From: Eledone cirrhosa
Taxonomy: Eukaryota
Assembly (NCBI GenBank): GCA_964016885.1
Contig: OZ024743.1
Span: forward strand, 325,438,001 to 325,502,000
Direction: 5' to 3'
Length of the DNA: 64,000 nt
The notes beneath the pieces are model-generated. The model ran no database searches and had not been told where the DNA came from. It worked only from the letters and a program-made list of their open reading frames with translations. Position numbers and translations under genes: made by a program. Positions 12,047-24,966 of the stretch are shown here, piece after piece (position 1 is the stretch's first letter; every line of letters starts with the position of its first letter).

Positions 12047-12500
12047 AATTAAAATAACAGATTAAAGTTTAAGCAAAGAATCGCTGCTTTCACCCTTAAC
12101 AGGATCTTCTGAAACTAAAAAAATCAATCTGTAAACGCAGAAGCAAATATTTCGAAAAACATGGTTTTGTCTTTGCGTATAATTGTTTTCACCGCTCCAA
12201 ATAATGACGTATTATCTTCGTTTTTTTTTCGTTCTTTGCCAGGGAACGTTTCCATGAACCAAAGTATTGTCTTCCTGTCTTCCTTCGGTTGCAACGTTTT
12301 ACCAAATATTTACTTCTGCGTTCACATATTGATTTTTTTTAATTTCAGAAGATCCCGTTAAGGGTGAAAGCAGTGATTCTTTGCTTAAACTTTAATCTGT
12401 TATTTTAATAAATATTTGCTCTATGGTTCTTATATATTTGATATATATATATCCTTATCGAGCCCTCTTTGGAATTAGTCTTCAAATTTATTATTATTAC
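12047..12500. mobile_element. Solo fold-back Penelope pLTR, same family as the termini of 59729-61780
   Basis: 12047-12153 is the reverse complement of ~12304-12410; hammerhead-like motifs at 12066-12116 (-) and 12341-12391 (+). Confidence 0.85.
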
Positions 12501-12516
12501 TATATATATATATATA

Positions 12517-13925
12517 TGAAGGTCAGAGGAATAGTTATAGTGCAACTAATCAGAGAGCAAATTGATCTAGACGAAATGTGGTTTGGGTTTGTGTCAGGTA
12601 AAAGTACCACAGACGCCCTTTTACTTGTACGACAACTACAGGAGAAGTACCTAGCTAAAAGTAAACCCCTATACTTAGCTTTTGTTGACTTGGAGAAAGC
12701 CTTTGACAGAGACCCCTGCACCATTATCTGGTGGGCCCTTAGAAAACAAGGGGTTGATGAATGGCTTGTGAGAGCTATACAAGCCATGTATAAAGTAACA
12801 GTCAGCAAGGTTAGAATTAACAACGAATATAGTGAAGAATTTAGCGTAAAAGTTGGTGTTCATCAGGGCTCTGTCCTTAGCCCCCTCCTATTTATTATTG
12901 CCCTTCAGGCTATAACAGAGGAGTTCAAGACCGGCTGCCCATGGGAATCTCTCTATGCAGATAATCTAACACTCATAGCTGAATCGATGGATGAACTAGA
13001 GAAGAAATTCCAAACATGGAAGCATGGCCTAGAATCAAAAGGCCTTAAAGTTAACTTGTAAAAGATTAAAGTTCTAGTATGTAGGAAGGAAAATAGGGCA
13101 CAGGTCCCCTCTGGGAAATGGCCATGCTCAGTGTGTAGGAAAGGAGTAGACAGAAATTCCATTTTATGTCCCAAATGCAAAGTACGGGTGCATAAAATAT
13201 GTAGTGGGATCACAGGTAAGCTATCTAAGAATGTAGATTTTATATGTGGCCGCTGCTAAGGTGCAATAAGTAGCAAGCGCCCACAGGATACTAGCTCCTT
13301 CTATTGCCCTGATGGCTCTATAGAAATAGTGGACACCTTCCGTTACCTGGGTGACAAAATCAGCAGTGGGGGAGGGTGCTCTGAAAGTACAGTAGCCAGA
13401 GTCAGAACGGGATGGAAAAAGTTCAGAGAGCTTATACCACTATTGGCCGCTAAAGGTTTCTCTCTAAAAATGAAAGGCAGACTGTATGATGCTTGCGTAC
13501 GAACAGCTATGTTACATGGCAGTGAAACATGGGCATTGTGTGCAGAGGATCTATGCAGACTGGAGAGGAATGAAGCATGCATGCTCTGCTGGATGTGTAA
13601 TAGTATGTGAACAGCAAAGCATAAAGGAACTAAGTGAGAAATTAGGTATAAGAGGGATCAGATGCTGTTTACTCAAGAGAAGACTACGTTGGTATGGTCA
13701 CGTGATGTGCATGAAAGACGACAGCTGTATAAAAAAGTGCAGGTCGATCAAAATTGACGGAAGTTATGGAGTAGGCAGACCCAGAAGAACCTGGGACGAT
13801 CTGATAAATTCTGACCTTAAACACTTACACGTCTCTAAGACAATGTCGCTGGACTGAGATCTTTGGCGCTACACAGTAATACAGAAAACCCACCTTGCCT
13901 AAGTACAAAGCGAAACCTACAGTCT
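12517..13925 (+). mobile_element. RTE LINE subfamily B, 5'-truncated and degraded
   Basis: AFVDLEKAFDR, GVHQGSVLSP, YADN, PHD-type Cys cluster, GRPRRTW. Confidence 0.95.
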
Positions 13926-14225
13926 GAAAAAAGCGAAGATAATACATCGTTATGTGGAGCGATGAGAACAATTACACGTGGTTTTGTCTTTGTGTATAAT
14001 TGTTCTCATAGCTCCACATAATGATGTATTATCTTCACTTTTTTCCGTTTATTGCGAGGGAATGTCTTCACAAACCAAAGTATCGTCTTCCTATTTTCCT
14101 TCGGTCGCAACGTTTTTCGAAATATTTACTTCTGCGTTCACAGATTGATGTTTTTAGTTTCAGAAGATCCTGTTAAGGGTGAAAGCAATTCTTTGCTTAA
14201 ACTTTAATGTGTTATTTCAATAAAT
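13926..14225 (+). mobile_element. Penelope pLTR copy with a short 5' inversion; hammerhead-like motif at 14156-14203
   Basis: Homologous to 12160-12410; AGTTT-CAGAAGA-TCCTGTTAAGGGT-GAA-AGCA..TGCT-T-AAACT. Confidence 0.8.
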
Positions 14226-14277
14226 ATATATATAACATAACACCCGCTATATATATATATATATATATATATACATA

Positions 14278-14593
14278 CAGTGTATCCCCCCCCCCCCAGC
14301 ATTCATGGTCACAGTTATTTGTGAAATTTTCCTGAGAACCAAACTAATAATTGTTCGTGGAAACCACATATCTTCCGCGATTTTTTTAATGGCTTTTTTG
14401 TGGCAATATATATTTTTTCACGCTTTTTAATGCTAAATTATTAATACCAATCTACCATATTTGCTGGCCTATATTTTACGGTATGTTTTGTCGTTTATAG
14501 GCATTTTTTATGGACCACGTCCAATATTCGCAGTTTTTCACTCTTCGTGGGTGCTTTAGGAAGGTAACCCCAGTGAATACCAGAGGACAACTG
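14278..14593. mobile_element. Tc1/mariner (Tigger-like) MITE
   Basis: TA|CAGTG ... CAACTG|TA with imperfect terminal inverted repeats. Confidence 0.6.
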
Positions 14594-14682
14594 TATATAT
14601 GTATGTATATATAATATATATCTATTCAGTTCGGATCTAGCTGTTGAAACAGATGGAGCTCAGCCGTAAGGGTCCTGAATAT

Positions 14683-14732
<50 letters not shown>

Positions 14733-14759
14733 TTATAAGTATATCGAGCAGTTTTTTGT

Positions 14760-15190
14760 TCACAAGAAGCAGCAATCTTGTGTCTGTTTTGATTCAAATG
14801 GTACTGTCTGTCCAATACTAAATCATGTGTTCATACCAAAGCAGTATGCATCCTGTTAGCAGGTAGATGTGCCTTCTTCACACTGCTGTGCTTTATTTCT
14901 CTTGGCCTTTGAAGAAGACCTTCCATGTAATGATCTACAGCATTTGGGAAGTATTTGAAGTGATGTTTCACACCAAACTTCTTCTGAAATTGGACCCACA
15001 ATAAAATAGATTGGAACTTCACTTAGTAATGTTGTTGCAACAAACTGTTTATATGTGTGTATTCTGTAGTTAGGTTTAGACATATGTCTTTAAGAACAGC
15101 TCTGTCTCATCCTGGTGTGGAGAAACAAGAGGTGGCTTCAGAAAAAAGATAATTTTGTTCTGCTTCAAGAGCTTTTGATATCATTAATAC
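14760..15190 (+). mobile_element. Possible very old LINE remnant
   Basis: QHLGSI*SD..SSEIGPTIK resembles the YLGS..EI..RI motif; many stops. Confidence 0.3.
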
Positions 15191-15497
15191 AGTAAGTCCT
15201 CAGACCACTGGTGCAATGTAAAATAAAGCATTTTGCTCTAGGACACAATACTTTGCCTGGTCCAGGAATTGAACTCACAACCTTATGGTTGTGAATCCAA
15301 TGTTCCGACCAGTACTGAAGTGGGGCTGCTGATCTCCCAGACTGGTTGGGATCCGCAACTCGCAACTCACTTATATATATATATAAACACACACACATGA
15401 GAGAGATGATTTTGGGTGTCACAGAGAGAGAGAGGAGGGGGGGGGGAGTGAAGCAGAGAAGAAAGTAGAGAGTTGAAGAAAGAATGAGAGAAATAGA

Positions 15498-15535
<38 letters not shown>

Positions 15536-15832
15536 TAGTAAAATGATAAAGACAATGGAGTGCTAGAAAATTACCCTTTTTTTACCTTAGTCTGCTGTTT
15601 ACACTTTCTCCTATTCTCACTTTAATAGTATGTTCATTACTTCTGTATACAATTTTCTGTTCCCTTTTCTTTCAGTTTTATCTTTCACTTCATCATCATC
15701 ATCTCTCTCTTTCATCCTTTCTTTCTCTCATCTTTTTTTACAAAATGGCCAGATTTTTTCGATGTGAATGCAGAAATGTAAGCAATTGAATTTAAATAAA
15801 TTGTTTGTTTTGTAAAGCAAAATAATTTTTAT

Positions 15833-16019
15833 TGGATTGGCAGTATCAGTAGAGAGTTGGACACCATGCTTTGCAGCATAGAGTTATGGTCCTTTATGGT
15901 CTGAGTTCAAATCCTGCCGAGGTTGACTTTGCCTTTCATCCTTACGGGGTCAATAAAATAAAGTACCAGTAATGCACTGGGTATTTGCTGGCCTTGTGCC
16001 AAAAGTAGAAACAATTATT
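15833..16019 (+). mobile_element. SINE family 1
   Basis: TGGCAGTATCAG A box, GAGTTCAAATCC B box, ATT tail. Confidence 0.9.
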
Positions 16020-16847
16020 ACTTGTCTGGTGAGGTAGAGAATATAGTGTTGGTGATCTTCTTATATTTCAGCCACTTATTTCTGGTGGGGTCATAAGGGC
16101 AGAGTCCTCAAACACTCCTTCCAGTGGATCCTGTCAGAAGCAACCATCCACAACTGATCCGGCTGGATCTCCAAGCGAGACCAGCCAAGCTCATTGATGT
16201 TATTCAAGCATTTTGCTCAGGGTATACTCCTGGGTTTCTTGCCGGTTGGTTTTGCCAATAAAATCTGTCCAGTGATTCTTTCCTGAGACATTCTAACCAC
16301 ATGCCCATAGTATTGGAACTGTGATCTCTCAATTCAGAGAAGTAATGGCTCTACCCAGAGTGACTCTCTGATCTCCGAGCTGCACACTCTATCGAGTAAC
16401 GTTACTCCAAAGACCCTTCAGAGGAACCCAATTTTGGCTGCTTGTATTTGTGATTGCATCCTTTCAGTCATTACTAAGATTCATGACCATAGGTAAGGGT
16501 TGGCATGAATACCAAATTGAAAACAGCATGTCTGGCTTTTACACCCACCTCCCTTCTGATTACTGAATGCTAAAGCTGACACATTACTGCATCAGCTCCT
16601 GCAATTCTTGCACTTCATTCAGCTTCCTGCCTTTCATCTTCTGAAGACCCTTTGAATGCAGAGTTGGGTTCGATCTGTAACAGATCTTGCCTTGAGCTGA
16701 TCGACAGAGAAACATATGTAATATGTTAATAAATTGGCATTTGATGCAACACTGATTCCTCGTTCTTTATAACATTATACTCTGCTCTGCGCGAGCATCG
16801 AATGCTCAACTGGCTTACCGCCTACGGATGCATTTACCTGCAACCCT

Positions 16848-16910
<63 letters not shown>

Positions 16911-16969
16911 TATGTATTTCCGTAGTAAAGGTAAAGAAAAGAAGAGTGCTCAATGTATAGTACAGAGCT

Positions 16970-17179
16970 ATTTACTTACATAATAAACAATACAATATAA
17001 TTAGTCCATAACCAAAGGTTTCAGGAAACTAGACGATCTTAACAGAAATACCCAGTATGCTCATCAGATGAAATATTTCATCTGATAAGCATACTGGATG
17101 TTTCTGTAAGGATCGTCTAGTTTCCTGAAACCTTTGGTTATGGACTAATTATATTGTGTTGTTTATTATGTAAGTAAAT
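16970..17179. repeat. 210-bp near-perfect spacerless palindrome with a hammerhead-like motif in each arm
   Basis: 105-bp arms centred on 17074/17075; minus arm reads TTCAT-CTGATGA...GAA-ACC TTT GGT-T-ATGGA. Confidence 0.85.
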
Positions 17180-17242
17180 TAAAAAAAATATATATCATCA
17201 TCATCTTCGTTTAACGTCCATTTTCCATGCTAGCATGGGTTA

Positions 17243-17304
<62 letters not shown>

Positions 17305-17406
17305 GCAGCATAGTATATAAATGTTATTGGGACATGAGTAACATAATAATGATCTCAACAGCAGAAATTAGAGATGAAATGTATGTTTATTTTTGTTGTA
17401 GCACAA

Positions 17407-17596
17407 ATAATTGTTTCTACTTTAGGCACAAGGCCAGCAATTACCCAGTGCATTACTGGTACTTTATTTTATCGACCCCGTAAGGATGAAAGGCAAAGTC
17501 AACCTCGGCGGGATTTGAACTCAGATCGTAAAGGGACGTAACTATGCTGGAAAGCATGGCGTCCGACCCTCTACCGATACTGCCAATCCACCGCCG
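17407..17596 (-). mobile_element. SINE family 1, intact copy with target site duplication
   Basis: Full head, centre and tail; flanked by direct repeat GTTGTAGCACAAATAAT. Confidence 0.92.
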
Positions 17597-18117
17597 TTGT
17601 AGCACAAATAATGTTTGTTAATTTGCATGGTTGAAGTTACACATAAAAATGAGGTTAAAAAAGGGGATGTGCCATTGTGCCAGGCCCAAGGAAGGCTGGC
17701 AGGCCAAAGTGCAAAATCTCACCGTTACATGTTGTAAGTGTTGTTCCTTCGAAGTTCAGGATGCGAGAGAGCGATTTTTCAAATCCCGCGGGGAATTTCT
17801 CCATCAGGGCATGTAGGGATACATTCTCTTCTACTGGCACTGATTGGCTGAGCTGAGCCAAATCACGCACAGAGAATGTATGTGAGCCCGCGGAATGTAG
17901 GTCACTACATATATATATAAATCAGAATGGATGCAGTAAAAACCAGTCAGACCAATACTCACCAGAGTACTTGATACTTGGGGTAGTAGAGTGGGTAATA
18001 TGAAGGATTCAGGACCCTGGCACCTGAGCTCCTGTGGTTTCAACAGCTAGATTCGAACTGACAGTGTGGATCTAGCTGTTGAAATGGCAAAAGCTCAGCC
18101 GTCAAGGTCCCAAATCC

Positions 18118-18168
<51 letters not shown>

Positions 18169-18572
18169 TCAGTGTTATATATATATGCACACACACTCAC
18201 ACACTTATATATATACAGGGGTATCCATATCAGTTGTTCATTAGTTCTATGTCAACTAGTCAGATCTTCCATTACATCACACTCAATCTCACCCTTTTGA
18301 AATTTGTCAGCTATCTTCTGACTCAATACATACATATACATGCATACATATATACATATATATATACATACATACATCAACACATATATAAATATGTACA
18401 TACATACATACACACACACATATATATATATACATATGTACATATATATATTCATATGTACATACAAACACACATATCCATACACACACATACATGCACA
18501 CATACATACATATACACATACATATAAACATATATACATACACACACACATTACATGCATACATACATACAT

Positions 18573-19115
18573 GATGGTTGCAAACTCTGTTAATAGTATT
18601 GCAATCGCTTGTCAGATTATAGAGTTTGGTGGATTCCTAGGCTACGGCCAGCCACACAAACCTGTAACATATCCTAAACAAGCAATGCCTGTGCTTTGAA
18701 GCTTTTTTAAGTGGGGAAAGGCCTTGCACTCGACCAATCCCACTCTCTGAGCATCGAAAACACTACCCAAAAAGGAGAACCAGTCAACATCATCGGATGC
18801 TTCCGAAGCCGTAGGTTTTTTTTCAGAGTTTTCCCTCTCCTAGAAAGGTGTTGTGACAACAACTGGGGGCCTTTCACTCCCAGGTGAAAAAAAACAAAAA
18901 AATAACACAAAAAAAATACTATTTGGATGGCCGTTGACTCTACTGAGCTCCTCCGCTCTTTGTCGGGTCTTGTATTTCATCCTGCAGGGTGTCCAAATAT
19001 CACCCTCTTCACCAAGCTAGTTTGGTGGGGTTGCCGGTTTAGTTGCTGACAATCTGACCATGAGACAGGTTGTACTGGGATACATGTTACCAGTAGCACT
19101 CGAGAGCGACCTGAC
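18573..19115 (-). mobile_element. Diverged subfamily of the (ATGT)n-flanked non-coding element
   Basis: Shares both termini and internal blocks (AAGCAATGCCTGTGC..TGAAGCTTTT; GTCAACATCAT.GGAT; CAGAGTTTTCC.TCTCCTAGAA) with 23981-24585. Confidence 0.8.
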
Positions 19116-19787
19116 ATTACATACATACACATATACATACATACACACACATGCATACATACATACATGAGAAAATTTTCAAGACTCAGGTGATTTATTG
19201 AATGTGATGATATATATATTCTTCTATTCTTTTACTGGTTTTAGTCATTTGACTGTGACCATGCTGGAGCATTGACTTGATTTAGTCAATTATATTAATC
19301 CCAGCACTAATTCTTTTCATGTCTGGTACTTATTTTATAGATCACTTTTTTGTTGAAATGCTAGTTTATAGGACATAAACACAACCACAAACGTAAATAT
19401 AAACATGCACTCTCTCTCTTTCTCTCTCTCTCTCACACACACGCAAATACACACACACGTGTATCATGGTACTGTTGGTACTTCATCACATTATCGTTTA
19501 AGAGTATGCTCTGATAAGGTTTTTTCACAGCCTCTTTCATTGAGTGGTTATGGTGCAACAAGGTCGAAATTATTGTATATTGATCTAAATTTCTGTTATA
19601 TATATCAATTTAAAAATGCAAGGAAATAATAGACGAAAATATACCTATTTTTCTTCATGTGTATATCATTACAGAATATATGCATGTATATATATATGTG
19701 TGTGTGTGTATATATGTATGTATATATGTATATATGTGTGTGGGTGTATGTGTGCATATGTACATGTATGTATGTATATGTATGTAT

Positions 19788-20025
19788 CAGCTTGGCTTGG
19801 CTCAACTCAGCTCTCTCCAGTTCTGCTTGGCTTGGCTCAGCTATGTCGGATCAGATCGAGGATCCAGAACAGATCAGATCCGATATCAGATTGGGTATCC
19901 AGGATCGGATCGGGTCTGGTTTCAGATCGGATCTGGGATCTGGGATCAGATCAGATCGGGAATCGGATTGGGGATCCCAGATCAGGTCGGATCAGATTGG
20001 ATTAACACAGCTCAGTTTGGCTTGA
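19788..20025. repeat. Compound pentanucleotide satellite (GCTTG/GCTCA)n-(GATCG/GATCA)n
   Basis: 5-bp periodicity visible directly. Confidence 0.8.
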
Positions 20026-20303
20026 CTCTCTCCACACTACCAATATTGTCCAAGGGAAAGGCAAAAGCTGATACAACTTGGCACCATTGTTGTTGCAGCC
20101 CTTTATATTTTCCAGCTGAGTGGATTATGAGCATCGTGAAAGTTAAGTGTCTTGCTTAAGGATACAACACACTGCTTGTTCCAGGAGTCGCACTCACAAC
20201 CTCAGTCAGAAGCCTACTACACGTGCAACTGAGAATTAAGGGAATTGTCATCACCATTTGTATGGTGTATATTTATTATATAGAGTACCCCAGGATTTAC
20301 TAA

Positions 20304-20656
20304 TATGCGACGGCTGGAGAGAAATGAGGCAAGCATGCTCCATTGGATGTCAATAGATATGTTGAGAGAGAAACTGTGTTTAAGAGGAATAAGTTGTAGT
20401 GTGCGGGAGAGAAGACTGCGATGGTATGGACATGTGATGCGCATGGAGGATGACTGCTGGGTAAAGAAGTGCCAAGAAATGCCAGTAGAAGGGAGACATA
20501 GAGGAAGACCACGAAAAACATGGGTGGAGGTGGTGAGAGCAGACCTCAGATTGCTGAAGCTCATGGTGGAGATGACGAAGAACCGTGATAAGTGGAGAGA
20601 TGCTGTGCTGAATAGGACCCGTCCCACCCTTGCATGCAGGGAAAAGCGGACGTAAA

Positions 20657-20693
<37 letters not shown>
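20304..20693 (+). mobile_element. RTE LINE 3' fragment
   Basis: RRLERNEASML, RRLRWYGHV, GRPRKTW and (GAT)n tail. Confidence 0.9.
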
Positions 20694-20694
<1 letters not shown>

Positions 20695-22009
20695 ATATAT
20701 ATACAGCATACAGGAAATAGCACTACTAGATATTATACACATTATATACAGTACCTCAGAACTTACATATATATACAACATACAGAAAATATCACTACTA
20801 GGTACTGTATATTTATTATATAGAGTACCCCAGAATTTACAAATATATATAGTGTAAACTGGTCATGTTGGTGTCATGGCAAAAAGCACCCAGTCCACAA
20901 TGTACAGTGGTCGTGTAGGTGTCATAACAAAAAGCACCCAGTACTCACTGTAAATGAGGTTGGTGCTAGGAAAGGCATCCAGCTGTAGAAACCAAGCTAG
21001 AATTGGTTCTGTATGAACAAGGCAAAGTCACCTGACCCGACTTGCTTCTAATGGGACAACTCATCTACCCCATGCTAGCATGGAAAATGGACGTTAAACA
21101 ATGATGATGATGATGATATATATATATATATCCTATAACTCCTTGTGGAGTCATAGAGGTACTGTCATATGGCATGTCTAGGGCATTTTTAAAACAGGAG
21201 AGCCCAACCCTCTCCAGCCGATATTTTATATACATATATATATATATATATATATAAAACGAAGGAGGTGTGGTAAGGAACCAGATGGACCATAACACAC
21301 CAGAGTACTCAATATTTAGGGTAGTAGAGTGGGTAATAGGAACATTTTTAACCCCGACGGCAGAGCACAAGCCATTTCGGCGGCTATTTCTGGACGGCTT
21401 GAGCTTTGCCGTCGAGGTTAAACATTTTCCTATATATATTTATATACACACATATATGAGAGAGAGAGAGAGAGACTGTTTCTGAGGATGAATGGCAGAA
21501 TAGTTGTAATGCTATTGAGTTGCATAACTGCTATCAATTAGACATCATCATCATCATCATCAGCATCGTTTAACGTCCATCTTCCACGCTTGCATGGGTA
21601 TTTTGATAATATCTTACTTTATTTTGCCCTTTGAAACGAACATAAAACAATGGGTTAATTAAGTACGAAACCTTGTCTTATTTATTTTTATTGTTCAATG
21701 TTATATATCTGACTCTGTAGTTTTTAAATACTCAACATATAATAAGATATGAGTTTTCAACAAAAACATATTTTGCTTTACTTCAGTGGGATATCCATAT
21801 CAAAATACACTACACTGAGCTCTAATAGAGTTATTATTCCTACCTTAATTGGGTAGAATATTAATGTATATATGATAATTGTTTCTACTTTAGGGACAAG
21901 GCCAGCAATTACCCAGTGCATTACTGGTACTTTATTTTATCGACCCCCGTAAGGATGAAAGGCAAAGTCAACCTCGGCGGGTTGTATATATGATACAATG
22001 TATATATGA

Positions 22010-22590
22010 TAATGATAATGAAAATTATTGTGTACAGTGCTTAGGTGCACTACAACTCATCAAAGGTGCATGTATAGTACATAGAATAATGTACAAATGT
22101 CAGGAAAGTGAACAGTGTATGAGTCATGATATACACACAGACGTACACACATGCGTGTGTATGGAGGGGGAATATCAGGTGTAGTGTTGGTGAATATCGG
22201 GAAGCATAGACCTTTTAAAGGATGCAGTGTTCCGACAGTTAACAACTGATGCAGGTAGTTTATTCCATGCTTCAGCAACTCTGAGCGTTAAAAAATGTTT
22301 CCAAAAGTAATGGGAACTGTGCTGTTTTCTGACTTTGTAAGCATGTCCACGGGTGTTAGATACATGGAATTCAAAAAGGTGCTTAGGATTGTAGTTGGCA
22401 AGATGGTTGTGGGTTTCTACCAAGTCAGTTGCCAGACATCGGAGCTTTAATGTATCCATTCCCAGGGTATCAAAGTGTTCAGTGTATGGTAGATGCCTGA
22501 TGGAGGGTATTTGTTTGGTTACACATCTCTGAACAGTTTCCAGGAGATCAATATTCTGAGCAAGATAAGGGTTTGAGACTGGTGATGCAA
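22010..22590 (-). mobile_element. CR1-clade LINE 3' fragment
   Basis: NTRGHAYKV...RVAEAWNKLPASVV and (ATT)n-like tail. Confidence 0.9.
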
Positions 22591-22749
22591 ATTAGACATA
22601 TGGAGTGTGTGTATGTGTGTGTGTATCTGTGTATGTATGTGTGTGTGTATCTGTGTGTAAAAAGGAAAGAAAAGAGTAATCAACACACATTGTGAAAGAT
22701 GAATATTTATACTCACAGTTGGACTAAACTCTACACTACGATATATATG

Positions 22750-23020
22750 AAGGTATGTGGCTTAGTGGTTAGTGTTCAACTTCAGGACTGGTGCAGTGTC
22801 CTTGAGCAAGACACTTTATTTCACAATCAACTCAGCTGGAAAAAAATGAGTTGTACCTGTAGTTCAAATGGCCAACCTTATCGTATACTGTTCTATGTTG
22901 AATCTTCCTGAGAATTACATTGTCTGTGGAATATTCAGCCACTTGCACATTAATTTCATAAACAGGCCATTGATCAAATATCTCGGACACTCATCGCTGT
23001 AACTGATGAAGATTCAAACA
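22750..23020 (+). mobile_element. SINE family 2, fourth tail variant
   Basis: GGCTTAGTGGTTAG head and CCTTGAGCAAGACACTTTATTTCAC domain with a distinct tail. Confidence 0.65.
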
Positions 23021-23980
23021 ACACACACACACATTTGTGTTGAAGCCGTAGTGCAGTCACATTAAAGACATGACAATCTCTCCAGTGCTGGTGCTATGAT
23101 AAAATGCACCCAGTTCACCCTGTAAAGTGGTTAATATTAGGAGGGGTATCCACCTGTAGAAACCATGCCAAAGGTGTTGAGAGTGCTCTTTAAACACATC
23201 AAAGACATGGCAACCTACTAGTGCTGGTGCCATGATAAAATGCACCTAATAGAACCTGTTAAGTGATTAGCATTAGCACATGTGTGTTTGTTTGCACATG
23301 CATGTGTCTGTGTGAGTTTTGTGTATATGTGTGCTTGCAGATGCATGTATATGTGTGTTTGTGTGCATGTGTGTATGTATGTTTGCACATGCATTTGTGT
23401 GTGTCATCATCATCATCATCATCACCGTTTTACGTCCGTTCTTCCACGCTAGCATGGGTTAGACGGGGGTTTGTATGTATGCATATGTGTGTGTGTATGC
23501 ATGTGCGTGTGTGTGTGAAACAATTCTTTTTTTGAGACATGTCTTGTTGAAAACATGAAACTACATTAAATAGTTTTAGTTCAAGTCTATTATTTTTATA
23601 TGTATTAAAAAGTCATTATTATCAAAGTAAAGGAGAATTATCTGAACTATCAACTTTTGTTTGATGTTGCCCACTCCCTGTCTAGATAAGCTGATAAATA
23701 AACCAACAATAGAGCCTCTATATGGTTGTTTAAGTTGCTAAAAATACCAAGCAAAATCTCCTTCAAATCACACTGTATTGGATTTAAATATAAGACAGTA
23801 TTGTCATGTCTAGAATATCTTTGGTCATAAGTGTGCTTTATCTTTTAAACACCAAACCATGACAACATGTATGTATACATACATGTATGTATGTATGTAT
23901 GCATGCATGCATGTATCTATGCATGCATGTATGTATGTATGCATGTATGCATGCATGTATGTATGTATGTATGCATATAT

Positions 23981-24585
23981 GTCAGGTCACCAGTTGGTGC
24001 TACTGGTAACATGTATCCCAGTACAACCTGTCTCATGGTCGGGTCGTTGGCGACTAAACTGGCAACCCCACCAAGGTTTCTTGGTGAGGAGGGTGACTTT
24101 GGACATCCTGCAGGACTAAAAACAAAACCTGTCAAAGGGCAAAGGAGCTCTTAAGAGTCAATGGCCATCCAAAATCACCGGGAGAGATGACCCCTTAGCC
24201 TTTGTCAAGGCAGAATTCTAGAAGGAAAACTCTGATATAACACCTGCAACCCTGATGGTATCCAATGATGTTGACTTGTTCTTCTTTTTGGTAAATATCA
24301 TCTTGGTTAAGAGAGTGGGACTGGCTTTGTGCAGTGCCTTTGCTCACTATAAAAGCTTCACGCCACATGCATTGCTTTATATCTGGAGATCTCTCTGCAC
24401 TTGTCGTCACATGGTACCATGGGCCCAGCACTATGTGTCAATAATTGTCACAAGTGTAGTGTTTGTACCAGAGTTTTCAAGTCGATGGCTGGACTAAAAA
24501 GTCACACTCGTTCAGCGCATCAGTAGGGGTTCTCCTACATGGATATAAAGTAGTGGCCGTACTCGAAAACGAGTTGGCAGCCACC
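23981..24585 (+). mobile_element. ~605-bp non-autonomous retroelement embedded in (TATG)n
   Basis: Near-identical to 34111-34688 and 34709-35316; no credible ORF; contains the TAG(GA)GAAGGAAAACTCTGA motif. Confidence 0.85.
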
Positions 24586-24672
24586 ATGTATATATGTATG
24601 TATGTATGCATACTTGTAAGTATGTATGTATGCATGTATGTATGTATGCATACTTGTAAGTATGTATGTATG

Positions 24673-24848
24673 TAGTGCCGGATTTACCATTGTACTTAGG
24701 TGTGCTTAAGCACAGGGCCCCGTTGGCCAGGGAGGTCCATCCTCCTGCCCCCCCCCCCCCCCCCATGTTTTTACAATGAATTTTTTAAATGTTTAGGGCC
24801 TGATAACTTAATTAGCACAGGGCCTCATTTGTCCTAAATCAGACACTG
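24673..24848. mobile_element. hAT-type MITE
   Basis: TAGTGCCGGATTTA ... TAAATCAGACACTG terminal inverted repeats inside (TATG)n. Confidence 0.65.
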
Positions 24849-24966
24849 TATGTATGTATGTATGTTTGTTTGTATGTATGCATGTACATGTGCATGCATA
24901 TATGTATGCATACTTGTATGTATGTGTGTGTATATATGTGTATATGTATATATGCATACATATATA

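Noticed and set aside
23981-24065. HDV- or twister-like ribozyme at the 5' end of the 605-bp element (GTCG-TTGG-CGAC-TAA; CCTGTC[C/T]CATG)
   Set aside because: Could not assign P1/P3/L3 or twister pseudoknots; the apparent covariation in the diverged copy is explained by CpG decay
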